This document shows positions 18,154 through 28,240 of a stretch of 64,000 nucleotides of DNA, in pieces. Every line of letters begins with the position of its first letter. Within the stretch, counting starts at the first letter, position 1. This DNA is from an uncultured Actinomycetes bacterium (lineage in GTDB: Bacteria; Actinomycetota; Thermoleophilia; UBA2241). The position numbers were made by a program, and so were the translations under genes. The stretch lies in NCBI GenBank assembly GCA_963725665.1, contig CAVRZA010000001.1, positions 64,001 to 128,000 of the forward strand. The letters run 5' to 3'. Under the pieces are notes generated by a model. It was given only the letters and a program-made list of their open reading frames with translations, was not told the DNA's origin and ran no database searches.

Positions 18154-19057
18154 GCATCCTCGTCGATTCCTCAAGCAGGGTCGTCGTCCAAGGCATCACC
18201 GGGCGCGAGGGGAGCTTCCACGCGGCGCGCATGGCCGCGGCCGGCACGACGGTCGTCGCGGGGACCTCGCCGGGCAAGGGAGGGCAGCGCGTCGCCGTCG
18301 GGTCCGCCGCGGACGGCTCGCCCGCAACCATCCCCGTCTTCGACACGCTCGCCCAGGCCGTCGCTGCGACGGGCGCCGACGTCTCGGTGGTGTTCGTCCC
18401 GGCCCCGGCGGCGAAAGACGCCCTCTTCGAGGCGGCCGACGCCGGCATTGGTCTCGTCGTCTGCGTGACCGAAGGCATCCCCGTGCGCGACACGGTCGAG
18501 ATCGTGGCCCAGCTCGAGCGTCGCGGCGTGACGCTCATCGGACCCAACTGCCCCGGTGTCGTCTCGGTCGGCGCGTGCAACGTCGGCATCACGCCCGACG
18601 ACATCTTTACCCCCGGGACCGGTGGGGGTCGTGTCGCGCAGCGGCACGCTCATGTACCGGATGGTCCTCGACCTCACGCAGGCGGGTCTCGGGCAGACGA
18701 CCTGCGTCGGCATGGGCGGCGACCCCGTGCACGGCGTCGGCTTCATCGAGTGCCTGGAGCTCGTTCGAACGTGACCCGGCGACGAAGGCCGTCGTCATGA
18801 TCGGCGAGATCGGTGGCGACGACGAGGAGCGCGCGGCGGCTTACGTGCGCGAGCGCGTGACCAAGCCGGTGGTCGCCCACCTCGTCGGCTTCACCGCCCC
18901 GCCCGGCAAGCAGATGGGACACGCCGGCGCCATCATCTTCGGCGGCGCCGGCACGGCGGCGGCCAAGGCCGAGGCTCTGGAGGCGGCCGGCATCCCGGTC
19001 GCTCGCGCTCCCTACGACGTGCCGGCCCTGGTGCGGGCCGCGCTGTCGGGTTCGTAG
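18150..19057 (+). CDS. sucD: Succinyl-CoA synthetase alpha subunit (two frameshifts)
   Basis: SILVD...VQGITG, TEGIP, GPNCPG, VSRSGTL, GEIGG, MGHAGAI (phospho-His). Confidence 0.93.
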
Positions 19058-19067
19058 AACGGAGGCC

Positions 19068-19484
19068 GTGAGCGTGTCGCGGCCGGCGCGTCGCACGGGG
19101 CGGGCCGTTGCGGCGGCGCCGCTCGCGGCCGGCGCCATCCTGGCGATCCTCTTCATTGGCTTGCTGCTCGTGCTGCTCGTGTCGGGGTCGGTGGGCTCGG
19201 CGGGCTGGTCGGTCGCCGACAGTCCCTTCGTCCTCGCCTTCACGTTGTTCCTGCTGGAGGCAATCGCGGCGGCCACGGGCATCGCGGCCGTGCTGGCCAT
19301 CCGGAGTGGAGGCACGCGCAGGACCTGGATCGTACTCGGCGCCGCCGGCGGGTTGCTCGCCGTCATCCCTCTCGTGTGGTTCGCCGATCTCGGCCGCGCG
19401 CTGGTGCTCGCGGCGCCTTGCGCGTACCTTGCGGTCTACGCCGCCGTCACGGTGTGGAGGGCCGGGAGGCGCGCACCGCGATGA
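19068..19484 (+). CDS. Hypothetical membrane protein (4 TM)
   Basis: GGAGG RBS, four hydrophobic segments, follows sucD. Confidence 0.6.
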   Translation: MSVSRPARRTGRAVAAAPLAAGAILAILFIGLLLVLLVSGSVGSAGWSVADSPFVLAFTLFLLEAIAAATGIAAVLAIRSGGTRRTWIVLGAAGGLLAVIPLVWFADLGRALVLAAPCAYLAVYAAVTVWRAGRRAPR

Positions 19485-19651
19485 GCGATGCGTCGCGGCG
19501 ACCACCCGACGGCCCTCTTCTTGTCCAAAAGGTGCAGACCGGCGCTCATGCCGCGCTTGCTCGTCCTCTTCATGCGCGTGTGCGCGTGTGCTAGTTTCAT
19601 GAGACGCCAAAACGCCGGGCTTCTGCCGCCGACGATCGAAGGAGAGTCCTC

Positions 19652-21340
19652 ATGCCCGACCAGGAACACCAGCCCACAGTCGAGGAGCTCAAGGCGAAGG
19701 CCTACCAGCCCATGGAAGACGCGATGAAGCTCCACCCCTTCTACCGGGGCAAGATCGAGACCACGCTGAAGTGCTGCGTGCGCGACTTCAACGACTTCGG
19801 CATCTGGTACACGCCGGGCGTCTCCAAGCCTTGTCTCGAGATCAAGGACGACCCCGAGAAGGCCTACGAGCACACCAACAAGTGGAACACGGTGGCCGTG
19901 ATCAGCGACGGCACGCGCGTGCTCGGTATGGGCGACATCGGCCCCAAGGCCGGCCTGCCGGTCATGGAGGGCAAGAGCCTGCTCTTCAGGTACCTCGGCG
20001 GCGTCGACGGCTTCCCGCTCATGGTCGACACCAAGGACCCCGACAGGTTCATCGAGTTCGTCAAGCTGGTGCAGCCGGGGCTGGGCGGCGTCAACCTCGA
20101 GGACATCGCCCAGCCGAAGTGCTTCCGCATCCTCGACACGCTGCGCGAGGAATGCGAGATCCCGGTCTGGCACGACGACCAGCAGGGCACGGCCTGTGTG
20201 ACCCTCGCGGGCCTGGTCAACGCCCTCAAGGTCGTGGGACGCAGGATCGACGAGGTGAGCATCGCCTTCATCGGCTCGGGGGCGAGCAACGTCGCCATCA
20301 GCCGCCTGATCTTCGCCTACGGCGCCGACCCCGAGAAGTGCCGCATCGTCGATTCGAAGGGCATCCTGCACAGGGGCCGCGACGACATCAAGAAGGTCAA
20401 AGACGAGTGGCGCGACAAATGGAAGTACTGTCAGATCACCAACGCCGAGCAGCGCACCGGCGGCATCGCCGACGCGCTGAAGGGCGCCGACGTCTGCATC
20501 GCACTTTCGAAGCCGGGTCCCGACACGATCGAGAAGGACTGGATCAAGGCGATGGCGGCGGATCCGATCGTGTTCATCTGCGCCAACCCCATCCCTGAGA
20601 TGTGGCCCTGGGACGCCAAGGAGGCCGGTGCGGCGGTAGTCGCCACCGGCCGCAGCGACTTCCCCAACCAGGTCAACAACTCGGTCGGCTTCCCGGGCAT
20701 CTTCCGCGGCACGCTCGACGTGCGCGCCAAGACGATCACCGACGAGATGTGCATCGCGGCGGCCGAGGAGCTCGCCAAGGTAGCCGAGGACAAGGGACTC
20801 TCGGCCGACTCCATCATGCCGACGATGGACGACTGGGAGGTCTTCCCGCGCGAGGCCGCGGCCGTGGCGATGAAGGCCATCGAGCAGGGCATCGCTCTGC
20901 GCAAGGACCTCACCTACGAGCAGGAGATCGCCGAGGCGACGGCCATCATCGCCCGCGCCCGCGGCCTCGTGCAGGACGCCGAGGCCCTGGGCTACATCAA
21001 GATGCCCGAGGGTAGCCACGCGCCGGCGCCGACGATGCAGGCGCTCAAGGCGGTCGCTCGCGGGGCCGGCGATATCGCTGCCGACCTCGCCGGAAAGGCC
21101 GCGGACCGCGCCCGCCCGACGGTGCAGAAGGCGACCGACCGCGTAGGGCCGACGGTGCAGAAGGCGACCGAGCAGGTCCGGCCTACGGTGCAGAAGGCGA
21201 CCGAGCGGGCGCAGCCGACCGTGCAGAAGGCGACCGAGAGGATCGAGCCGGCGGTGCAGAAGGCCATCGACGCCACCCGCAAGGCGGCCAACGACGCCCT
21301 CGAGGCGATCCGCAAGGCGACCGAGCGCAAGAAGGACTAG
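19652..21340 (+). CDS. NAD(P)-dependent malic enzyme with C-terminal 11-aa repeat extension
   Basis: YTPGVS, SDGTRVLGMGDIGP, VMEGK, NLEDI, HDDQQGTA, ATGRSDFPNQVNN. Confidence 0.95.
   Translation: MPDQEHQPTVEELKAKAYQPMEDAMKLHPFYRGKIETTLKCCVRDFNDFGIWYTPGVSKPCLEIKDDPEKAYEHTNKWNTVAVISDGTRVLGMGDIGPKAGLPVMEGKSLLFRYLGGVDGFPLMVDTKDPDRFIEFVKLVQPGLGGVNLEDIAQPKCFRILDTLREECEIPVWHDDQQGTACVTLAGLVNALKVVGRRIDEVSIAFIGSGASNVAISRLIFAYGADPEKCRIVDSKGILHRGRDDIKKVKDEWRDKWKYCQITNAEQRTGGIADALKGADVCIALSKPGPDTIEKDWIKAMAADPIVFICANPIPEMWPWDAKEAGAAVVATGRSDFPNQVNNSVGFPGIFRGTLDVRAKTITDEMCIAAAEELAKVAEDKGLSADSIMPTMDDWEVFPREAAAVAMKAIEQGIALRKDLTYEQEIAEATAIIARARGLVQDAEALGYIKMPEGSHAPAPTMQALKAVARGAGDIAADLAGKAADRARPTVQKATDRVGPTVQKATEQVRPTVQKATERAQPTVQKATERIEPAVQKAIDATRKAANDALEAIRKATERKKD
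21116..21270 (+). repeat. Five 33-bp tandem coding repeats (PTVQKATE/D-xxx)
   Basis: CCxACGGTGCAGAAGGCGACCGA units at 21116, 21149, 21182, 21215 and 21248 (last one diverged). Confidence 0.92.
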
Positions 21341-21348
21341 CGGAGAGG

Positions 21349-21401
21349 GGCGGGGGTGCGGCGGCGACGCGGCGCTGCCGCGCCGCCGCCGCACCCCCGC
21401 C
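21349..21401 (+). terminator. Long GC hairpin after malic enzyme
   Basis: GGCGGGGGTGCGGCGGCG...CGCCGCCGCACCCCCGCC. Confidence 0.6.
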
Positions 21402-21458
21402 GCCGAGTCTGTTCGACCGGCCGGCGCGAGGTCCGGGCGGTGGGCTGAAGGGAGCGGC

Positions 21459-21965
21459 ATGACCCTCTGGGCGCGCATCCGCCGCACTCCGAGCTGGTGG
21501 ATCCCCATCGTCCTCGTCGTCATCGTCTGCGTCGCGATCCTCGTACAGGTCATCGCGTGGGGCTCCGAGGAACCGGGTCCGAGAGCGACAATGAGTCCGA
21601 GCGCGGCGACGACCAGGAGCCACTCGTACCAGTCGGGGCCGGAGAGCTTCGTGCAGCAGCTCCGTGCGGGCCGCGTGGACATGGTGGTCATCGACGACCT
21701 GTCCGAGACGATAGACGTGACGCCGAAGGGACCGGTCGTCGAGCACTATCGCGTGAGCTATCCTAGCCTTGAGGAGCTGATCACGCTGCTGGCCGAGCGC
21801 TCGGGCGTCGCGGTGCGCACGAAGGAGCCGCCCTTGTGGACCGGCCTCCTTGCCTATCTGTTGCCGTTGGCCCTGGTCGCCGTCGCCGGTGGCACACTGG
21901 GTTACGTGCTGGGACGCCGTCGCGGCCGTCGAGAGGCGATCGCAGCAGCCGGCTCACCTGAGTGA
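21459..21965 (+). CDS. Small 2-TM protein resembling the FtsH N-terminal extracellular domain
   Basis: TM - SFVQQLRAGRVDMVVI - LWTGLLAYLLPL TM; no AAA or protease domain. Confidence 0.55.
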   Translation: MTLWARIRRTPSWWIPIVLVVIVCVAILVQVIAWGSEEPGPRATMSPSAATTRSHSYQSGPESFVQQLRAGRVDMVVIDDLSETIDVTPKGPVVEHYRVSYPSLEELITLLAERSGVAVRTKEPPLWTGLLAYLLPLALVAVAGGTLGYVLGRRRGRREAIAAAGSPE

Positions 21966-21978
21966 GGGGGAAAGGACC

Positions 21979-22842
21979 ATGCCCACGTCTGCCGCAGTCC
22001 GCGAGCTCGATGTGAGCGTCATCACCGACGCCGTCCGCGAGCTCTGCATGGAGGCCAACTACGACCTCCCCGACGACGTCTACGCCGCCTTGCAGGCCGG
22101 CAAGGAGGCCGAGGAGTCGCCGGTCGGCAGAGCCGTCTTCGACCAGCTCGTCGAGAACGCCGACATCGCCCGCCGCGACCGCGTGCCGATCTGCCAGGAC
22201 ACCGGCTTCGCCGTCTTCTTCGTGAAGCTCGGTCAAGACCTGCACCTCGTCGGCGGTGACTTCGCTGCGGCGGTCAACGAGGGCGTGCGTCAAGGCTACG
22301 TCGAGGGCTACTTGCGCAAGTCGATCGCCGAGGAGCCGGCGCAGTCACGGCGCAACACCAAGGACAACACGCCGGCCGTGATCCACACCGAGATTGTGTC
22401 CGGCGATGCGGTCGAGATCTGGATGATGGCCAAGGGCGGCGGCGCCGAGAACATGTCGAGCCTCAACATGCTCAAGCCTTCGCAGGGCTGGCAGGGCATG
22501 GTCGGTGCGGTCGTCGACACGGTCTCACGCGCCGGCTCCAACCCGTGTCCGCCGGTCGTCATCGGTGTGGGCATCGGCGGCACCATCGACATGGTCACCG
22601 TGCTGGCAAAGAAGGCGCTCTTGCGCGATGTCGGCTCCGTCCACCCCGACGAGCGCATCGCGGCGATGGAGGCCGAGCTTCTCGAGAAGATCAACGCCCT
22701 CGGCATCGGGCCACAGGGGCTGGGCGGCACGCAGACCTGTCTGGGCGTCTTCATCGAGGAGATGCCCTGCCACATCGCCAGCATGCCGCTGGCCGTCAAC
22801 GTGCAGTGCCACGCCCAGCGCCACAAACACGTCGTGTTGTAG
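21979..22842 (+). CDS. Class I Fe-S fumarate hydratase, alpha subunit
   Basis: PICQDTG, NTKDNTPA, KGGGAEN, NPCPP, GIGPQGLGG, CHIAS, CHAQRH. Confidence 0.95.
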   Translation: MPTSAAVRELDVSVITDAVRELCMEANYDLPDDVYAALQAGKEAEESPVGRAVFDQLVENADIARRDRVPICQDTGFAVFFVKLGQDLHLVGGDFAAAVNEGVRQGYVEGYLRKSIAEEPAQSRRNTKDNTPAVIHTEIVSGDAVEIWMMAKGGGAENMSSLNMLKPSQGWQGMVGAVVDTVSRAGSNPCPPVVIGVGIGGTIDMVTVLAKKALLRDVGSVHPDERIAAMEAELLEKINALGIGPQGLGGTQTCLGVFIEEMPCHIASMPLAVNVQCHAQRHKHVVL

Positions 22843-22857
22843 GGAGGGGAGAAGCAC

Positions 22858-23413
22858 ATGGCCGTCAAGGAGATCAGGACCCCCCTCACAGACGAGGTCG
22901 TCGAAGGTCTGCATGCCGGCGACGAGGTCGCCATCACCGGCGTGGTCTACCAGGCGCGCGACGCCGCCCACAAACGGCTCGTCGAGCTTCTCGAGACGGG
23001 CGAAGCGATGCCGTTCAACCTGCAAGGAGCCGTCGTCTACTACATGGGACCGTCGCCGGCGAAGCCGGGCAACGTCATCGGCTCCGCCGGGCCCACGACT
23101 AGCGGGCGCATGGACGCCTACGCGCCCAAGCTGATGGCGAAGGGTCTCAAGGGGATGATCGGCAAGGGCCTGCGCACGCCCGAGGTCAAGGAGGCCATGA
23201 AGCAGCACAAGGCCGTCTACTTCGCGGCCACCGGCGGCGCCGGGGCAGCTGCTCGCGCAGCGCATCGTCGCCAACGAGATCATCGCCTGGCCCGAGCTCG
23301 GCGCCGAGGCCGTCGCCCGCCTCGAGGTGAAGGACTTTCCCGCCATCGTCGTGAACGACTGCCACGGCGGCGACCTCTACGAGGAGGGACGCGCGAAGTA
23401 CGCCAAGGTCTAA
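22858..23413 (+). CDS. Class I fumarate hydratase, beta subunit (frameshift near 23250)
   Basis: ARDAAHKRL, GPTTSGRMD, MIGKG; other frame continues ELGAEAV...DFPAIVVNDCHGGDLY. Confidence 0.92.
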
Positions 23414-23428
23414 CGCGCAGAAGACGGG

Positions 23429-23455
23429 CGCGGGCGGGGGCCGCCCCCGCCCGCG
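23429..23455. terminator. Hairpin between convergent genes
   Basis: CGCGGGCGGGGG-CCG-CCCCCGCCCGCG. Confidence 0.6.
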
Positions 23456-23472
23456 TCCGCGCCGAGACGCGG

Positions 23473-24735
23473 CTAGCGCACGTATGCCGCCAGGAACTCG
23501 TCCCAGTGCGTCTGGGCGGCGAAAGCGAGCTTGGTGCGGTAGTAGACCCAGTCGTTGCCCGGGTTCCAGGAGGGGTCGAGCTGCTTGCGCGTCTTCGGCC
23601 ACCAGATGGCGAGCCCCTGGCAGCGGTCGTAGGTGAAGCCGTCGATCCGCCCGATACGGAACCAGTCGTAGGTGACATCGGCGAGGACCGCGTCCATCAC
23701 CGCCGTGCAACTCGCTTTGAGCGCGGGGCTCTTCACGCGCGCGCGGATCTGGCGTGCGGCGTTGAAGAGATCGCGCTCCCCGTCGCCGTAGTAGAAGCGC
23801 TGGCTGGCCGCCCGCGCGGCGTCGTAGGCGCGGCGGTTGGCGCGTAGTCCGCTCTTGAGAGCGATCGCCCAGCGATCGACTGCGGCGACGAGATCGTCGA
23901 AGCGGACGTCGAGGGCGATCGACGAGAAGGTGAGGCTGTCGCCGCGCGCGGTGGCGGCCATGTTCGTGCCGAGTTGCTCGGGCGTCCACCAGGGGTAGCG
24001 CTCCAGATTGGCGACGAACTTGTCGTACTGCAGACCCTCCCAGTTCGTGTACTCCTCGGAGCCGACCATCACCTGCGCGTATGGTCTGACCGTCGCGGCC
24101 GCCTCGACAAGCTGCATGTTGCAGCAGTCCCAGCCGATGACGCCCACGGGTCCGCACGTCTGCAGAGCGGCCGCCAGTTCGTCCTGGTTGAGGGCGTTCT
24201 TCGAGGTCCTGTCCCACATGGTCTGGCCTCTGAACCACATGTAGCCGTGGTCCCAGAAGACGAGGGCGTAGTTCGCGGCGGGGTAGTTGGTCTTGGCCCA
24301 GGTGACGAAGTCGATCACCGTCTGCGGATCGCCCATGTCGCGCTCGCCCCAGTCGGCCACGGCGTCGGTGGGCGTGGCGGTGATGCCCTGCATGCAGTAG
24401 AAGAGCTTGGTGCCGGTCCAGTCGCCTCGGGACTTGTCGTAGCCGGGCGTGCGGTCGGCGACGCAGACGACGTTGACGTCGGCGTTGGAGCCTGGTTCAC
24501 ACAGCTCGCGCTCGATGTCGAGCGTGACGTACTTCTCGAGATCGTTGTCGCCGTCGATGTAGACCATGATCGTCCAGGCCTTCTGCGGCAATGGCGTGCC
24601 CAAGGTGATGGCCGAGGCGGCGGAGGAGACGGTTGCTGCCGAGGCGCTCGAGGCCGACGCGAAGCATATGCTGATGGCCACAACGCAGGCGAGCAGAAGA
24701 AGGGTGTGTGGCCGACGACTGCGGACGACGTTCAT
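23473..24735 (-). CDS. Secreted clostripain-family (C11) cysteine peptidase
   Basis: Signal peptide; WTIMVYIDGDNDLE, YPAANYALVFWDHG (His), WDCCNM (Cys), GSEE. Confidence 0.9.
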   Translation of the reverse strand: MNVVRSRRPHTLLLLACVVAISICFASASSASAATVSSAASAITLGTPLPQKAWTIMVYIDGDNDLEKYVTLDIERELCEPGSNADVNVVCVADRTPGYDKSRGDWTGTKLFYCMQGITATPTDAVADWGERDMGDPQTVIDFVTWAKTNYPAANYALVFWDHGYMWFRGQTMWDRTSKNALNQDELAAALQTCGPVGVIGWDCCNMQLVEAAATVRPYAQVMVGSEEYTNWEGLQYDKFVANLERYPWWTPEQLGTNMAATARGDSLTFSSIALDVRFDDLVAAVDRWAIALKSGLRANRRAYDAARAASQRFYYGDGERDLFNAARQIRARVKSPALKASCTAVMDAVLADVTYDWFRIGRIDGFTYDRCQGLAIWWPKTRKQLDPSWNPGNDWVYYRTKLAFAAQTHWDEFLAAYVR

Positions 24736-24933
24736 GACGTGCCCCCCTGCTCTTGGCCGAGGCGAGCGGTGTATCCAGTACAATCGTAGTCGGAGACGAC
24801 GCGGGCGGCAATGCGACGAGTCGCGGTGGGATGCGTGATTGACCCCCCGCGACCGGCCCAGGGCCGGCCTTCGTGCGGCTTCCACGCGCCTGTAGCGTTC
24901 GCGCCAACATCGATCGTCCACAGGGGGGAGACT

Positions 24934-26565
24934 ATGGCTACATTAGCGGCCGCTCCGAGGAAATCCAGGCGTCCCCGATCAGTGCCGGCGGCGATCATCG
25001 GCCCGAGCGCCGCGCGGACGTGGCCTCGGTTCGTCGCCCCTCTGCTGCTGCTCGGTCTCTGTTCGCTCCTGCTCATGGCGCCGGGAGGCGGCGCTTTTGG
25101 CGCGACTAAGCGTGCTGTGCCTGCGGTCCCCGTGCAGCTCAAGGTGATGGCCTTCAACATCGAGGTGGGCGGCACTCTCGTCAGCTTCGACAAGGTCGTC
25201 GAGGCCATCCAGGCGAGTGGTGCCGATGTGGTCGGTATCGAGGAGGCGCAGGGCCACATGGCCGCGCTCGCGCGCGAGCTCGGCTGGCCCTACTTCAGCG
25301 CGCGCCTACAGATCGTCTCGAAGTATCCGCTCATCGATCCGCCGGGGAGCCAGGGCCTCTACACTTTCGTCCAGTTGGCCCCCGGAGCGGTCGTGGCCAT
25401 CGAGAACGTCCACCTGCCCTCCGACCCGTACGGTCCCTACTGGGTGCGAGACGGCAAGACGGTCAAGCAGGTCGTCGCGATGGAGAAAAGGGTCCGCCTG
25501 CCAGCGATCCAGGCGCAGCTGGGCCTGCTGCCTTCGTTGCTGGGCGGGGGGATCCCGGTGTTTCTGACGGGCGACTTCAACGCTCCCTCGTGGCGCGACT
25601 GGACCGCCGCCATGGTGGGCGAGCGGTTCCAGATCAAGTACCCCGTCGCGTGGCCGGTGAGCTTGGCCGTCGAGGCGGCGGGTTTCCATGACTCGTTCCG
25701 CGATGTCCATCCCGACCCGGTCACGGATCCGGGTCTGACGTGGTGGGCGAAGAAGCCCAAGGTGGCCGTCTCCGGCGAGAACTTCGGCAGCCGCGATCCG
25801 CGGGACCGTATCGACCTCGTCTACGCCGCTGGTGCGGCGGCGACGACGGCGAGCCAGATCGTCGCCGAGGCGAGCGACCCAGAGGCGAGCTTCACGGTGA
25901 CGCCCTGGCCCTCGGATCACCGCGGCGTGGTCTCCACGTTCGACGTGACTCCCGCTGCGCCCCCGGTGCTGGTCGCCGTCGATCGGCGACTCGTGAAGGT
26001 CGGCGTCCCGCTCAACGTGACCTTCCACTCCCCGGGCGGGCCCGGTGAGTCGGTGGCCATCGTGGCGGCGGGTGGAGATCCCGCGGCGCCCGCGGCCGAG
26101 CAGGCGACGGGCGCCGGCGCCCCGACCGACGGCACGCTTTCGTTCGCGACCGCTGACCTGGCGCCCGGCGCCTACGCTGCCGTCCTCCTCGACTCCAACG
26201 ACGCCGTCCTCTCGCGCAGCAAGTTCTGGGTCAAGACGAGCACGGCTCTTCCGCACGTCTGGACGGCAAAGGGTGTCTATCGCGTGGGCGAGCCCATCAC
26301 CGTCCGCTGGAAGCAGGCCCCCGGCAACCGCTGGGACTGGGTCGGCGTCTACCAGCGCGGCGCCAACCCTAACGTCGCCTGGTACATGCTGTGGGGCTAC
26401 ACGAGGGCATCGATCGCCGGACAGGCGATCCTCGATCGCACGCCGCCCTCCTTCGGCTACGGTCTCCAGCCGTGGCCCCTGGCGGCGGGCAACTACAGCG
26501 TCTACCTGCTGCGGGACGACGGCTACCACGTCCTCGCACGGAACGTCTTCCGGGTGATCCGCTGA
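24934..26565 (+). CDS. Secreted endonuclease/exonuclease/phosphatase family protein with C-terminal beta domains
   Basis: VMAFNI, VGIEE, GDFNAPS, DRIDLVY, WPSDHRGV. Confidence 0.9.
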   Translation: MATLAAAPRKSRRPRSVPAAIIGPSAARTWPRFVAPLLLLGLCSLLLMAPGGGAFGATKRAVPAVPVQLKVMAFNIEVGGTLVSFDKVVEAIQASGADVVGIEEAQGHMAALARELGWPYFSARLQIVSKYPLIDPPGSQGLYTFVQLAPGAVVAIENVHLPSDPYGPYWVRDGKTVKQVVAMEKRVRLPAIQAQLGLLPSLLGGGIPVFLTGDFNAPSWRDWTAAMVGERFQIKYPVAWPVSLAVEAAGFHDSFRDVHPDPVTDPGLTWWAKKPKVAVSGENFGSRDPRDRIDLVYAAGAAATTASQIVAEASDPEASFTVTPWPSDHRGVVSTFDVTPAAPPVLVAVDRRLVKVGVPLNVTFHSPGGPGESVAIVAAGGDPAAPAAEQATGAGAPTDGTLSFATADLAPGAYAAVLLDSNDAVLSRSKFWVKTSTALPHVWTAKGVYRVGEPITVRWKQAPGNRWDWVGVYQRGANPNVAWYMLWGYTRASIAGQAILDRTPPSFGYGLQPWPLAAGNYSVYLLRDDGYHVLARNVFRVIR

Positions 26566-26578
26566 TGGAGCTCGCGCG

Positions 26579-28006
26579 ATGAGAGGTCGTCTCTTCATTG
26601 CCGTCGCGGTGCTGGCGCTGGCGTCGCGCTGCTCCCGAGCGGTCGCCTTGGCAGCGGGTGCGCTACCTCCGGGCGGTTCGGCCGTCAGGCACGTGACCGC
26701 GGGATCGGGGCAGCTCGCGACGCAGCGCGTCGCCGCCGCAGCGACGCCCGCGGGGGCCTCGATGCTGGCCGCCCCGCGCCTCGGCATCGTCACGAACGGG
26801 CCTTGTACCGTCTCGGGCGTCGTCCAGGACTTGTCGGGGGCGCCGGTCGTAGATGCGACCGTGGAGTGGGGCTACTACGACGCGCAGGGGGACTGGGTCT
26901 TCGGCAACGAGGTCAAGTCGCAGGCCGACGGCTCTTTCAGCTTCGACGGGGTGCTCGCCACGACCGACGGCGAGCTCGACGTGTATCTGTCCGGTGAGGC
27001 CGGCTACCAGGCTTCGAGCCTAACCTTCAGTGCCCCTCCCGCGGAGAACGACTTCGTGCTGCGGCCCGGCGTCGTGCCCTTCACCACGACGCGTGCGAGC
27101 AGTTCGCTCTGGAACTACTGGGACGGCGTCGTCGTCGGGACGCTGGGGTCACGGGGTGGCGCCACGACGACCCTCGGGGAGACGGGCAGTGCCTACGTGA
27201 TGCCGCCCGACTACGACCGCGCCGTGGTCTACTACTTCGCCAACCAGGCGGTCGAGTGGGTCGGCGGCTCCCTGATACCCGTGGCCGCGGGGGGTACAGG
27301 CGGGACTCCGATCGACGTCTCCCAGGACGAGGCGCAGTCGGTCCTCATCACGAAGCCATACTGGGCGTCCGGCAGGCCGGGCAAGTCGATCAGGCTACGT
27401 ATGGGCAACTGGCCGGCGGGCTGGCAGGCCGCGTTCTACGGCTACTCGGAGTACCCCGACTCGCATCCCGAGAAGGTGTTCGGCGCGACCTACAGGTCGA
27501 GCGGAGCGGCGGCCGTGGTCTCTCTCCACATCCCGGCCGACGCGACACCAGGCTACGACTTCCAGGTCCACGCCAACCGCTCCGACACCGCGGACTCGGC
27601 CCTCGACATCAACGACTTCTTCCAGGTGTGCACGCTGAAGTCGAGCCGGACATCCGTGCGCTCCGGCGCCGCGATCCGGCTCAGCGGTCGGGTGCCGCTC
27701 GCAGGGCATTGGGGGAGCAAGCTCGCCCCCTCCGGCAAACGAGTGACCATCTTCAGTCGGACGACGGCCCCGTCGGGGCAGCCGACGAACTGGACGTTTC
27801 CGAAGGGCTGGACCAAGGTGGCGACGGTCTGGACCACTCGCTCCGGCGCCTACCACTCGGCCTACCTGCATCCCAAGCGCTCCACCTGGTACATCGTGCG
27901 CTACCCGGCGTCCTCGAACGCCGCGATGAGGCAGTGGTATTGGAAGGCCTTCACCTCATACCTGAAGGTGCGCGTCTACCAGGGCGGCGCGGTCCTTCCG
28001 AGGTGA
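26579..28006 (+). CDS. Secreted hypothetical protein with carboxypeptidase regulatory-like and Ig-like domains
   Basis: Signal peptide; VSGVVQDLSGAPVVDATV...DGSFSF. Confidence 0.7.
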   Translation: MRGRLFIAVAVLALASRCSRAVALAAGALPPGGSAVRHVTAGSGQLATQRVAAAATPAGASMLAAPRLGIVTNGPCTVSGVVQDLSGAPVVDATVEWGYYDAQGDWVFGNEVKSQADGSFSFDGVLATTDGELDVYLSGEAGYQASSLTFSAPPAENDFVLRPGVVPFTTTRASSSLWNYWDGVVVGTLGSRGGATTTLGETGSAYVMPPDYDRAVVYYFANQAVEWVGGSLIPVAAGGTGGTPIDVSQDEAQSVLITKPYWASGRPGKSIRLRMGNWPAGWQAAFYGYSEYPDSHPEKVFGATYRSSGAAAVVSLHIPADATPGYDFQVHANRSDTADSALDINDFFQVCTLKSSRTSVRSGAAIRLSGRVPLAGHWGSKLAPSGKRVTIFSRTTAPSGQPTNWTFPKGWTKVATVWTTRSGAYHSAYLHPKRSTWYIVRYPASSNAAMRQWYWKAFTSYLKVRVYQGGAVLPR

Positions 28007-28240
28007 GAGCGGCGTGAGGCGCGGGCGGCTCGGCGCCTAGGCCTAGGCGCCGAGCCGCCCGCGGATCCGACTACGCGGCCCGTCGCACCGCCCGCGGGCC
28101 GCCCTGCGCGGGCGCGGCGCCCGCCCCCCGCTCCTCTTGCCCGTCGTCTTTCACCCATCGCTTGCGCCTGCTATCGTTGTGCACCAGTCCGGGCGGCCCC
28201 GTGCCGCCGTTTGTTTGCAGGAGCAGGGTAAAGCTCTCAA

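Noticed and set aside
17910-18800. Apparent in-frame SucC-SucD fusion
   Set aside because: A normal GTGA stop/start overlap is present at 18150-18153 and both genes have several other indels, so one more error explains it
21116-21270. 33-bp repeats as a CRISPR array
   Set aside because: They are tandem, in frame and coding, with no unique spacers and no cas genes
19436-21691. Long antisense ORFs (also 2737-4110, 28151-29893, 51895-54393)
   Set aside because: Shadow ORFs opposite real genes, expected from high-GC codon bias; no recognisable motifs
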